Shown one piece after another: positions 28,355-39,782 of a DNA stretch of 64,000 nt. Each line of letters begins with the position of its first letter. Positions within the stretch are counted from its first letter, which is position 1. The notes below the pieces were generated by a model that saw only the letters and a list, made by a program, of their open reading frames with translations, was not told where the DNA came from and searched no databases. The stretch lies in assembly GCA_902766105.1 (NCBI GenBank), contig CACXCI010000072.1:69-64068 (forward strand), given 5' to 3'. Both the position numbers and the translations under genes were made by a program. This DNA comes from an uncultured bacterium (GTDB taxonomy: Bacteria; Cyanobacteriota; Vampirovibrionia; Gastranaerophilales; Gastranaerophilaceae).

Positions 28355-29029
28355 CTATACTATGCCTTCTTTTACAGCTTTAACTGCAGCTTGTACTCTG
28401 TCATTTACGCACATTTTTTGTAAAATTGAACATACGTGCGCTTTTGCGGTGTGAACACTGACAATCAATTCTTTTGCAATTTCTGTATTACTTTTTCCTG
28501 CAACAAGATGCTTCAAAACCTCAAATTCTCTTTCTGTCAGCGGGACTCTTGCTTGCTCAGGTGCTTGGTGGGTGAGCATACTTATATTTTCCGATTTTGG
28601 AATAGATTTTAATGCAAGATTTGCTACTACAGGATCAATCCAACAAACCCCTTGAGCAACATCTCTGATAACATCCGCAAGTTTGTTAGGGTCAATATCT
28701 TTAAGACAATACGCATTAGCTCCTGAGCTTAATGCGGCGACAACCTCTTCTTCTCTATCATGAGAAGTTAGCGCAATAATTTTAATATCTGAAGAATGCT
28801 CCCTGATTTTTAATATTGCCTCAATTCCGTTCATAACAGGCAAACCTAAATCCATTAATACTACATCAGGCTGCAATTTTTCTATTTCTTTTATCCCATC
28901 AACGGCATTTTCACATTCTGCAACAACATTAAGATCAGGATTAGCATTTAAGGCGCAACGCAATCCTACTCTTGTTAATTTAAAATCTTCTACGATAATA
29001 ATAGAAATTTGTTTTTCCTCTGTAATCAT
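28355..29029 (-). CDS. NarL/LuxR-family response regulator
   Basis: REC domain (IIIVEDF..., DVVLMDLGLP, ALTSH) plus a LuxR HTH (LTEREFEVLKHLVAGKSNTEIAKEL). No kinase gene is adjacent. Confidence 0.9.
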   Translation of the reverse strand: MITEEKQISIIIVEDFKLTRVGLRCALNANPDLNVVAECENAVDGIKEIEKLQPDVVLMDLGLPVMNGIEAILKIREHSSDIKIIALTSHDREEEVVAALSSGANAYCLKDIDPNKLADVIRDVAQGVCWIDPVVANLALKSIPKSENISMLTHQAPEQARVPLTEREFEVLKHLVAGKSNTEIAKELIVSVHTAKAHVCSILQKMCVNDRVQAAVKAVKEGIV

Positions 29030-29227
29030 GTTTTTCTCCCTTAATCGTTCATATCGGCTAAATCTATATGTTAACTTATACGATTAATTTATTACTTAAA
29101 CATTAGGTTTCCATTAGACAATCGGGTAATGTTATATATAAAATTTATATATTTGTATCAATTTTAAAAATTAAAAATTTTTAGAAATATTCTTATGTTA
29201 TAATTTCATTACAAAAGGGAGATATTT

Positions 29228-31519
29228 ATGTTTAAATGGTTATTTAAAAATGACAAAAATGATTTGCCAAAAGATACGGAGCTAAATACAATTTATTCTA
29301 AACTTAAAGAAAAATATTCTTTTGACAACATTCCTGAAATAAGAAAAAAATATTTAAAAATGCACATTCAAAAATACGGGTATCTTACATATCCGTACCA
29401 AAAAGCTTTGAATGAATTAACTAATGAAGAAACTCTTTATGCTTTAGAAGAAAAATGGACTCAGAACGGGATATTCAAAGATGGGAAATTTCATTTTAAA
29501 AATAACCAGATAAGTCCTCTTTCAAGAAACGGGGAAAAAAATTCTGATTGGTTCAAAAGAGAAGGTCATAATATAAAATTACTAAACTTAGCAGCATTAG
29601 GAAACGGAAATGTATCGTCAGAATCCGGTAAATTTATGGACTGGCTGAGACAAATATTAATTTTGCCTACAGGAAACAAAGATAATGGCATATACAACAC
29701 AACGCTATACTTAATTCCGTTTCATCCAAGAGAATTCGGTTGTGCATATCTTCCTAAAAGTAACGAAGTAAGTGATAAATTATTGGATACTCAGATAGAA
29801 AAATTGACAGGTATGGATGCAAAGCAACAGGTTCAGATATTTATAGAGCTTGCCCAACTTGCAGGGCATCCTGTAATTTATGACATTCTGCCTCAGACGG
29901 GAAGATTTTCTAAATTTGTATTAGCAAATCCGCAAGTTGCACGCTGGTACGACATAAAAGAGCTGCAAAAACAATTAACTGCAAAGGTTAATGAGGTTGC
30001 GGAATTTTTGACAAAAGACCACGATCAAGATGATATTCAAATTGTAAAAGAGGTTTATATACAAAGATTGCAAGGTAATTCCGGAGATTTAAGTCCAGCT
30101 TTTCAGGAGCTTTACAATAACTTTGAAGGAATTATGATTGAGCATAAGAAAAATTTTTCAAATTCAATGCTGGAAAAATCTTATCAAACCAAAATTCACA
30201 AACGAGTAAGAGAAATTATTGCAAAAGTTCATGATTTTAAAAATGATAATAAGAAATTAAGCGAAGCCGATATAACAAAACAAATAGATTCAATTCAGCA
30301 GCTTATGGAGGAGGAATTGTGGCCTGCCCCCGGTGGTGCATGGTGTTCTGCCGGTGTTCCTGTATATGATGGAATGAGTGAGTGCGGCGGTTACCCGATG
30401 TTTAAACATTTTGATTATAAAGGAGATGATGTAACTGCTTTTGCAAACCTTGATTGCCAAACACCATATTACTTTGTAAACCTAGAAAACGGGAAATTCA
30501 ACGAGGATGTAATTAATTTATTTATAGATTGTATGGAGCAACTACAAAAAGATTACAATTTTGACGGCTTCAGAATTGACCATATTGACCATGTCGTTGA
30601 TGAGGTCTCAGAAAGAAACGGTATTCCGATAAGCTATAGAGCGCCAAGATATGTTTTAAATAAATTAAATACTACAATGAAGAAAAAAATCCCATATTTT
30701 GCAACCCTTGCAGAGTATATGTTATGGGATAATTACTTAAAAGAATACCATCAGGATATGAAATTTGACCTGCTTTGGGGAAATGATATTATTTCTCAGT
30801 TTGATAAGACTCCTGAAAAAATAATGGAGGATAATCAAAATTTGACAAACTATAATATTAAATTTAAAAAAGGTGGTATGCTTTCAATTCTAAAAACATA
30901 CAACAATCAGGATGGAGAATTCCATGTAATAGATCAATATCCTGCTCAACTTGGCGAAAACGGTGCTATATATAAATGGTTTAAATATAAATTCCTTCCG
31001 GGTGGCAAGTATGCGCAAAGACCGATGTTATATGTTGACGGGGATGAAAGTTTTACTCAGGGCGGCACAGAATACACTATTGGAGAAGAGGTTGCTATGC
31101 GCCGTAATAATAATGAAGATTTTTATAAGAAATTTGATGCGATTGACCGTTTTGTTAAAAACAATTCGATTATTACAGACGGTGAAGCTCAGATAATAGT
31201 AGAGGATGAAGACGGCTTTAGCTCTTGGTTAATAACAAAAGAACCTATGAACACAGCTTATTTAATAGTTTCTAATCACAAATATCCGACAGAGAAAGTT
31301 ACTAAAAAAGCTCCGACAGGAGAAGATTACAGGGAGCTTGTTGAAGGTTATCCGGTATTTGATAAAGAAATTTTTATCCCGACTGATTATACCCTTGAGA
31401 AAGAATATATAATAGGGGAAAAAGATTTTGAACCTCACGAAATAGGAAATATGGATAGTATTCATTTTGACAAATTAGAACCTGGAGATTTTAGAATCTA
31501 CGAATTAAAAAGGAACTAA
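29228..31519 (+). CDS. GH13 (alpha-amylase superfamily)-like protein, atypical
   Basis: FDGFRIDHIDH (conserved region II), ATLAEYMLWD (III), YNNQD (IV-like). No signal peptide. Confidence 0.6.
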   Translation: MFKWLFKNDKNDLPKDTELNTIYSKLKEKYSFDNIPEIRKKYLKMHIQKYGYLTYPYQKALNELTNEETLYALEEKWTQNGIFKDGKFHFKNNQISPLSRNGEKNSDWFKREGHNIKLLNLAALGNGNVSSESGKFMDWLRQILILPTGNKDNGIYNTTLYLIPFHPREFGCAYLPKSNEVSDKLLDTQIEKLTGMDAKQQVQIFIELAQLAGHPVIYDILPQTGRFSKFVLANPQVARWYDIKELQKQLTAKVNEVAEFLTKDHDQDDIQIVKEVYIQRLQGNSGDLSPAFQELYNNFEGIMIEHKKNFSNSMLEKSYQTKIHKRVREIIAKVHDFKNDNKKLSEADITKQIDSIQQLMEEELWPAPGGAWCSAGVPVYDGMSECGGYPMFKHFDYKGDDVTAFANLDCQTPYYFVNLENGKFNEDVINLFIDCMEQLQKDYNFDGFRIDHIDHVVDEVSERNGIPISYRAPRYVLNKLNTTMKKKIPYFATLAEYMLWDNYLKEYHQDMKFDLLWGNDIISQFDKTPEKIMEDNQNLTNYNIKFKKGGMLSILKTYNNQDGEFHVIDQYPAQLGENGAIYKWFKYKFLPGGKYAQRPMLYVDGDESFTQGGTEYTIGEEVAMRRNNNEDFYKKFDAIDRFVKNNSIITDGEAQIIVEDEDGFSSWLITKEPMNTAYLIVSNHKYPTEKVTKKAPTGEDYRELVEGYPVFDKEIFIPTDYTLEKEYIIGEKDFEPHEIGNMDSIHFDKLEPGDFRIYELKRN

Positions 31520-31539
31520 ATTTAAGATAATAATTATGC

Positions 31540-31574
31540 AAAACTCGGGGATATTGCCAATCCCGAGTTTTATT
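31540..31574 (+). terminator. Rho-independent terminator
   Basis: ACTCGGG...CCCGAGT followed by TTTTA. Confidence 0.65.
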
Positions 31575-31634
31575 GCGGTTGCTTAAATACAAAATATTGG
31601 TTATATTATATATAGAAAAAGAAAGAGTAATGTC

Positions 31635-32681
31635 ATGCTGAATTATTTTTTAGGATCATACATAATAACTATAGCGGGTTTAATAGGAGCTTTTTGCTGG
31701 GCAGAACATGTACATCCGGGTTCAGGGTTTGCTGCAATTTTCATAGTAATGGTTTTGGCAGTATTAGAAACAAGTTTATCCTTTGACAATGCTGTAGTTA
31801 ATGCTATGAAATTGGAAAAAATGTCTGAAATCTGGCGTCATAGATTTTTGACATGGGGTATTTTAATTGCGGTTTTCGGAATGAGATTTTTATTTCCTGT
31901 TCTTGTTGTATCAATCTTTGCCAATATTGATATGCTGACAGTTACAAAAATCGCAATATCAGATTCTCAAAAATATGCTCAATACTTACATGCAACACAT
32001 GCTCCTATTGTTACATTTGGCGGCATGTTTTTAATAATGTTATTTTTAAATTATTTCTTCAATCATGAAAAAGAGGTTCACTGGATTAAACCGATAGAAT
32101 ATCCATTGGCGCACCTTGATCATGTTAAGGGAATAGAAGTTATAATTACTTTGGCTTTGCTATTAACAACTCAATATGCTGTTCCTACCGAGATGAAGCA
32201 TAGCGTTATAATATCGGGAATTGCAGGGGTAATAACATATATGGCAATTGACGGTATCGCACATTTTCTTGAAAAACGAGAACAGATGCGCAATCTTCAG
32301 TGTGCGGCAAATGGTATAAAATGCGCAGGATTAATAAGTTTTATATATCTTGAACTTATTGATGCCTCATTTTCTTTAGACGGTGTTTTGGGAGCGTTTG
32401 CACTTAGCAGTGATGTAATAATTATTACTATTGGTCTTGCGATTGGGGCAATGTTTGTAAGATCTCTGACAATAATGCTTGTTGAGAAAAAAACGTTAGC
32501 AAAATTTTTATATTTAGAACACGGAGCACACTGGGCAATTGGGGCATTAGCTATTATAATGCTAATAACAACGGTTAAGGAGGTTCCGGAGGTAATTACC
32601 GGCGGGATTGGGTTATTTTTTATACTGGCAGCTTTGTTTTCATCAATTGCACATAATAAAAAGACAAAAAAACAAAATTAA
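31635..32681 (+). CDS. TerC-superfamily / DUF475-like integral membrane protein
   Basis: Multi-TM protein with ETSLSFDNAVVNA and a second DASFSLDGVLGAF motif. Confidence 0.65.
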   Translation: MLNYFLGSYIITIAGLIGAFCWAEHVHPGSGFAAIFIVMVLAVLETSLSFDNAVVNAMKLEKMSEIWRHRFLTWGILIAVFGMRFLFPVLVVSIFANIDMLTVTKIAISDSQKYAQYLHATHAPIVTFGGMFLIMLFLNYFFNHEKEVHWIKPIEYPLAHLDHVKGIEVIITLALLLTTQYAVPTEMKHSVIISGIAGVITYMAIDGIAHFLEKREQMRNLQCAANGIKCAGLISFIYLELIDASFSLDGVLGAFALSSDVIIITIGLAIGAMFVRSLTIMLVEKKTLAKFLYLEHGAHWAIGALAIIMLITTVKEVPEVITGGIGLFFILAALFSSIAHNKKTKKQN

Positions 32682-32702
32682 ATTACACAAAATTTTTAAA
32701 TA

Positions 32703-32737
32703 AAAATAAGGCCGGCTTTAAAATGCCGACCTTATTT

Positions 32738-32740
<3 letters not shown>
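32703..32740. terminator. Bidirectional terminator
   Basis: AAGGCCGGC...GCCGACCTT flanked by an A-run and a T-run. Overlaps the ahcY stop codon. Confidence 0.65.
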
Positions 32741-34120
<1,380 letters not shown>

Positions 34121-34176
34121 TTAAGTCAAAAATTAATCTTGAGAATTGTTATAATTGACACGTATAGGAGTGTTTT

Positions 34177-37100
34177 GTGAAAGTAAGTTTTGATTTAGAT
34201 AACAATAATAAAAAACATTTAAACAATGTGTCTTTTGGCGGATATAAATTTACAAAATCAGACGAAGGCTTTAAAGAAGTCGAGTTTGCTTATCCGTTTG
34301 ATCCTAATAAGGATAGATGTTTTTTAGAAATTTACAAATTAGACACCGATCCGTATGGTAATTATTTTACCACCGGCAGAGCTTATACAAGAGATGGCAA
34401 AGATAAGGTTGAATTAAAAGAAGGCGCAAACAAAATTGATTTATCAAGGGCATTCGGTATAGACGATAATCAAGCTTTTGCTTATCACTTTTTATTAGAG
34501 GATAAAAACGGTCATGGCTTTCCAAGAGTAAGAGTTGATGCCGGCGATATTATAGATGAACGTTCTGAGCAAAATCAAAAACGAAATGTCTTTAATGTTG
34601 TTACTCCAAATAAAACAGGTCTGTCAAAAGGCGGCTCTATGAAGCTTGTTATAATTGACTCCCAGCATGTAGGACATGTATATAATTCACAAAATAAACT
34701 TGATTTTAACCCTAAGCTGGCTAAAAGAGGGGAAGAAGGAATTAAAACAATTACCAACAAATTTGGCGGTACTCTTGCAGGTTTGGAATACGGTTTAGAT
34801 CATGGAGAATATGACGGATACAGCAGAATTATATCTCTACCTGTTTTTACAGATGATGATTTTACGGCTCATGCGTATTGGAATAAAAATTGTATGCAAA
34901 TGGCAAGTTCTTTGGGTAACATAAATAATTATGCATCCTTCCAAAGAAAAATGTTTGCCCACGGACTAAACTTTGTTTCTGACGGAGCTTTTGTAAATGA
35001 AGGTTTGGAAGGTATACACTTTAAACACATGCTAAAATGGGGAGAAAAATCCCCGTATTTCAATTGGTTCAGAGCTTCAAGCCTGAAAGACGGACCATTG
35101 TCAATGGGTGTATTTTCTAAAAATAAAGAATATATTTCTCACAAGGTCGTAAACTCTCCGTATAAGTATGTAAAAAATAAATCCGGAACAATTTCAATTA
35201 AATCGAATGATGCTTACAACGAAAAAAAACCGACATATATACAGTTCTTTGATACTCGATTGGTTACGGAAGAAGAAAGAAATGATACTACATCATTAAT
35301 CAAAACATACTCAAAAATGAGTACATCTAATGTATATGATCTTCATTCTCATAATGATTCTGTATTTCCTTACGCATTTGAAATTGACCCTGAAACTTAT
35401 AACAAAAATATTAAAAATCTAAACGAATATAACAGCTATAACTCTGATAATGTAATAGATATTACAAGTCCAATGGCTGCAAGAATTTTATCAAAATTTA
35501 GCAACTTTGTCGTTGATGAAAAGTTTGAATCCGGATTTGAAACATGGGATGCCAATTCTGATATTGCAAAACTGAGTTTTGTATATTCAAACTCTGATGC
35601 TTTAGCATTAAAGAATTTGCCGGAAGCGGAAAGAAAAAGAGAACGTGCAAAAATTCTCAGAGGTAATGCGCAGGTTCAGGACTATGTTGTTACCTCAGGC
35701 AAATATTGGACTCAAAAAACAGATGATATTTTAAGATTGCATGTTGCTCAGCATCTTAAAAAGATTGACCCGCGAAATCCAAATTTAGTATATTTAAACA
35801 TTTCTAAGCTCTCAAACGGAATAATTCTTCCAAAATCTGTAAAATCGGAAGTTTCATACAATGAGGTTGAAAATGTATTAAATGATTTATACAATAATAA
35901 ACGTCATTTGTCAGACGAAGATAAAAAATCTCAAATTATAGAGGGTTTGATGAATATGCCGTTGGATTCGTGTGAATTTGGCGACAATCTGGTTTCAGTT
36001 TTAGCATCTCCAATGATAACAAAAAGAGCAGCTAACAAGTCTGAAATCGGGTTGACAAGATATGAAGTTTTCAAAAACGGGAATCCAAACTTACCTAAAG
36101 AGTATGCAAAAACATACAACCAAATGGACAAAATTTATACAGGAGAAATGTATAATTTTGCATTAAAAGTCTTAAATAAAATTGATAAAAATCTTCCGGA
36201 TGACAGAAAATTATTTAATGGAGATGAAGTTACAGAATACGGTAAATACGTTCTGCCTATAGTTACTCCTGAAATTGCAAAATATGCTATTGTAAAATCA
36301 ATTGCGCCAAAAACTACAGTTGCAATTGATAAAAACAGCGGAGAAATATCTTATGACTATAAACATCTGAAAAATGTATCTCTTCAAACTATAGGAATTA
36401 TGAACCCTGCCTCTCCCCAAGATGAAGCAGAGATGGTTTTAAATGTTATTAAAAACGGAATTAAAAAACTTGATACCTCAGATGGAAGCGAAATTGTTGA
36501 AAGTCTCGCAAGAACGTTAAAAGATACCAATTTATACAGCTTTCAATTGGCGGATTTGATTATCGACAAAACTCAATCCGGACTTGATTGGAGAATTGAC
36601 GCGACAAAAGATATTGCAGATGTTGAGGCTTTGCGCAACAAGAATACAAGTTTTGAATATACCTGGCAAGGAATTACAAATTTTTGGAAAAGATTTACAG
36701 ACGGAGTGGTTTCTAAAAACCCGAACGCATATATAGTTGCAGAGGTAACAAACAAAGAAGAACTATATGACAAAGGCTTTGGTGGCAATTCCGACAAGTA
36801 TAAAAATGTTCAAACAGATGTTGTTCAAAAATTCTTGAGAGAAACAGGAATTACCTCTATTGCAGAATATTCGTTATTCTTTAGAGATACATCAAAAATG
36901 TTCGGTGCAGACTATGAAGATGGCGGAAAATTTGAAGATCCTTCATATATGCAGCATATTATATTTGAAAAAATGATGAATTTTATCAGGACAGGCTCGC
37001 TTGATTCGTTAAGATATGCTTATACATTTATAGGAAACCATGATAAGCCAAGAGCATTACATTGTGCCGCAATTGATATGACACTTTTCTATCACGATTT

Positions 37101-38319
37101 GAATGACAATCATAATGCACAAGATTTTGAATACAGAAGAAAAGCATATCAATTGATAAATGATAAATTCCACGACAATATTGAAGATTGGCAGGTAAAT
37201 CAATATGATTTTTCAAGAGTTTCACCAAAAGCTGTTGCTATGGGTGATGCAATCAGACCTGCATTAGTTAACATCCTTGATAAATATAGAAACAGATATT
37301 CATCCGATGAAGAATTTAACAAAAAAGCGTACCAGCCAATTAGCAAAGCTGTTTCAGATCTGGTACAGGGTAAATTCCAAGGAAAAAGATTTGATGCGGA
37401 TGCTTTTGGTATAAAGCCTATTGATGTTGCAATTTCAATGGTAATTAAACAAGCAAAATCAGAATATGGCTTAGTTTTACCGGGTTCACTTGGTGAGAAA
37501 TATGAAAATGAGGTATTCGAGGCTATAATGGCTCCTGCTATGTCAAAGCTTCTCGGTATGATGAAGATTTTAGTTGCATTACCGGGAATGCCGACACTAT
37601 TTGATGGTGATGATGCAGGAACTACAGGTTATGATTCAAAAACCAAGAACATGTATGTTCAAGGTCGCCAAAGAAATCATGACGAATGGTTAGCGTCAGG
37701 TCCAAAATATAAAGACTTCATTAAAAAATATAACAAATATTTAAACGATGTAATGGCTGTTCGTAAGAATCCTAAATGCAATGCCTTAAATAACGGTGCA
37801 ATTTACACAATGCCATTAAATAAAGCACAAACAGGTGAACTTGTTCCTTCAATATTAAGACAAAGTACAGATGGCAGAATGACACTGTCTATTTTCAACC
37901 CGACCGGCATGCACAACGATTTTAGAAAACCATATATGCAAAATAACATTTATGTTGACAAAATATTCTTTAATGAATCCGGCGACAGCACTGTAGGTGT
38001 TCCGGGATTGAAAGTCGGAGACAGATTTTATGACGTAAATTCTAAAGATCCATTCGAAAGCTACAAAGTCGGAAGAGATGACAAAGGAAGCTACTACATT
38101 ACAAGAATTTACAATGAACATCCTGAAAATGAAAACGAAGACAGAGAAGTCGCAATGCCTCTGCATGATACGACAAAAATTTTATATCATGTACCAAAAG
38201 GCGGAGTACCTCTTACATTCACAGGTAGCTGTCTTATTAAGCCAAAAGTAAATGATGTTACTAATGCCTACACAATTAAAAATAACGAATTGGGCAAACA
38301 ATTAGCTATCGTAAAATAA
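34177..38319 (+). CDS. Very large GH13-like protein (1380 aa)
   Basis: GTG start with a TAGGAG RBS. Motifs are HGLNFVSDGAFVNEG (region I-like), GLDWRIDATKD (II), YIVAEVTN (III) and FIGNHDKPR (IV). Regions I and II are about 530 aa apart. Confidence 0.7.
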   Translation: MKVSFDLDNNNKKHLNNVSFGGYKFTKSDEGFKEVEFAYPFDPNKDRCFLEIYKLDTDPYGNYFTTGRAYTRDGKDKVELKEGANKIDLSRAFGIDDNQAFAYHFLLEDKNGHGFPRVRVDAGDIIDERSEQNQKRNVFNVVTPNKTGLSKGGSMKLVIIDSQHVGHVYNSQNKLDFNPKLAKRGEEGIKTITNKFGGTLAGLEYGLDHGEYDGYSRIISLPVFTDDDFTAHAYWNKNCMQMASSLGNINNYASFQRKMFAHGLNFVSDGAFVNEGLEGIHFKHMLKWGEKSPYFNWFRASSLKDGPLSMGVFSKNKEYISHKVVNSPYKYVKNKSGTISIKSNDAYNEKKPTYIQFFDTRLVTEEERNDTTSLIKTYSKMSTSNVYDLHSHNDSVFPYAFEIDPETYNKNIKNLNEYNSYNSDNVIDITSPMAARILSKFSNFVVDEKFESGFETWDANSDIAKLSFVYSNSDALALKNLPEAERKRERAKILRGNAQVQDYVVTSGKYWTQKTDDILRLHVAQHLKKIDPRNPNLVYLNISKLSNGIILPKSVKSEVSYNEVENVLNDLYNNKRHLSDEDKKSQIIEGLMNMPLDSCEFGDNLVSVLASPMITKRAANKSEIGLTRYEVFKNGNPNLPKEYAKTYNQMDKIYTGEMYNFALKVLNKIDKNLPDDRKLFNGDEVTEYGKYVLPIVTPEIAKYAIVKSIAPKTTVAIDKNSGEISYDYKHLKNVSLQTIGIMNPASPQDEAEMVLNVIKNGIKKLDTSDGSEIVESLARTLKDTNLYSFQLADLIIDKTQSGLDWRIDATKDIADVEALRNKNTSFEYTWQGITNFWKRFTDGVVSKNPNAYIVAEVTNKEELYDKGFGGNSDKYKNVQTDVVQKFLRETGITSIAEYSLFFRDTSKMFGADYEDGGKFEDPSYMQHIIFEKMMNFIRTGSLDSLRYAYTFIGNHDKPRALHCAAIDMTLFYHDLNDNHNAQDFEYRRKAYQLINDKFHDNIEDWQVNQYDFSRVSPKAVAMGDAIRPALVNILDKYRNRYSSDEEFNKKAYQPISKAVSDLVQGKFQGKRFDADAFGIKPIDVAISMVIKQAKSEYGLVLPGSLGEKYENEVFEAIMAPAMSKLLGMMKILVALPGMPTLFDGDDAGTTGYDSKTKNMYVQGRQRNHDEWLASGPKYKDFIKKYNKYLNDVMAVRKNPKCNALNNGAIYTMPLNKAQTGELVPSILRQSTDGRMTLSIFNPTGMHNDFRKPYMQNNIYVDKIFFNESGDSTVGVPGLKVGDRFYDVNSKDPFESYKVGRDDKGSYYITRIYNEHPENENEDREVAMPLHDTTKILYHVPKGGVPLTFTGSCLIKPKVNDVTNAYTIKNNELGKQLAIVK

Positions 38320-38333
38320 TATTAAATTTATAA

Positions 38334-38376
38334 AAAATGACCCAAGTGATAACATTCATTTTGGGTTATTTTTATT
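38334..38376 (+). terminator. Rho-independent terminator
   Basis: AATGACCCAA...TTGGGTTATT followed by a T-run. Confidence 0.6.
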
Positions 38377-38448
38377 TTGGTAATAACGCAATTTTTTTGA
38401 ATAAAAATACTTTGTATATAAAGAGGAATAATTGGGGAAAATATAACT

Positions 38449-39780
38449 ATGAGTATTGCAGTACAGTTTGGAAAAGCCATACTTAAAGCTCGAGGGGAAA
38501 AAGTAACCGCTGAGGCGCTAAGAACAACAACAAAGACCTTACAGCAAATTGTTGAAGGGCAGCCAAAAGGCGCTAAAAAGAAATTTTATAAAGCTTTATC
38601 GTTATTTATAAAAAATCCGGAAAATGCAGCAGCCGAACAATATATAAGAGAAACAGTTGAAAATAGCTCGGTTGTTACACGACAACTGGACAGGGAGTCT
38701 GCTGAAGCCGTTGCAAAAGCACGAAAAATGGCAGAAGAAGCACATCCCCTGACATCTGACCCTTCTGAAAATAATTTTATAATGGATGTACGAAAATCGT
38801 ACGAAATTACAGCCAGAGAAGGGTTTAACTGTACATACGGAGCCAGAAAAAAGCTTGCAGCATTACCAATTGAGCAAGAGATTATCTCACCGGTTCGACT
38901 TCACCATGGGTTACAAAAAGCAAAAAAAGAAGCCATGCAAAGTTTGCGAAATCTTGATATTCCTATGCCATCTGTAAATTTAACTCAAGCTGAAATTGAT
39001 AAAATAGTAAAAGAAACTATACGTGGAACAATAAGTGAAAGTGCAACTTTAACATCAAGGCGAATCACTTATCCTTTTAATAAATTAGCATCGTTGTTTT
39101 TGCCCAAAAATATTAAAGAAATCTGCAAAGATATAATGCACTTGCCAAGAGAAAAATTCGGAAAAGAATTTTACTCAAGACTGCTTAAATCAAAGGGATT
39201 AACAGGTCGTGCGCCGGCTGAATTTACGGTAGTAAAAAAAGAAAAACTTGGAGTCGCAGACGCAGGATTTGATTTCTTTAACAATACTCTGTACGTTTCT
39301 GACAAATTCACTAAATATTCAAGAGCATCGCAAGCAAATTTGATAGCGCATGAATTAAAACATTTTGAGCAAACAGATGCAATTATAAGAACTTTCGGTA
39401 TTGAAAAGTATTTGGAAGCATTAAAGGCAAAAACATTAAAGAACTTAAAATCAAATATTCTCAACTTTGGCAAACCTGAAAAGGAATTACAGGAAGCCAT
39501 AGACAGACAATTTATAAAATTAGAGCCTGAAATTAAAAAAGCATTTGCTAAATCAATTCAAGCAGAAAAAATTAACCCAAATTCAGCACTAGGGAAACGT
39601 GCTAGCAAATATTTAAAATCTTTATCTAATTATGAAACTCCGGATCCAAATAATCCATTAAATCCATTAAGCGTTTATAAGTATTATTGCAATGGCTTGG
39701 AAAAAGGAGCTTATAAAACAGGTTTGTTAACCAAATTCTTCACATCATTCTTAGAAAGATTAAACTTAAAAACGGCTTAA
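38449..39780 (+). CDS. Hypothetical protein with an HExxH motif
   Basis: 443 aa. Contains LIAHELKHFEQTD. No TM segment or signal peptide. Confidence 0.5.
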   Translation: MSIAVQFGKAILKARGEKVTAEALRTTTKTLQQIVEGQPKGAKKKFYKALSLFIKNPENAAAEQYIRETVENSSVVTRQLDRESAEAVAKARKMAEEAHPLTSDPSENNFIMDVRKSYEITAREGFNCTYGARKKLAALPIEQEIISPVRLHHGLQKAKKEAMQSLRNLDIPMPSVNLTQAEIDKIVKETIRGTISESATLTSRRITYPFNKLASLFLPKNIKEICKDIMHLPREKFGKEFYSRLLKSKGLTGRAPAEFTVVKKEKLGVADAGFDFFNNTLYVSDKFTKYSRASQANLIAHELKHFEQTDAIIRTFGIEKYLEALKAKTLKNLKSNILNFGKPEKELQEAIDRQFIKLEPEIKKAFAKSIQAEKINPNSALGKRASKYLKSLSNYETPDPNNPLNPLSVYKYYCNGLEKGAYKTGLLTKFFTSFLERLNLKTA

Positions 39781-39782
39781 TA

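Noticed and set aside
28355-29029. Orphan NarL-type response regulator as part of a novel signalling system with the neighbouring pilin-like or GH13-like genes.
   Set aside because: No kinase is present, gene orientations differ, and separate promoters and terminators are evident. Orphan response regulators are common.
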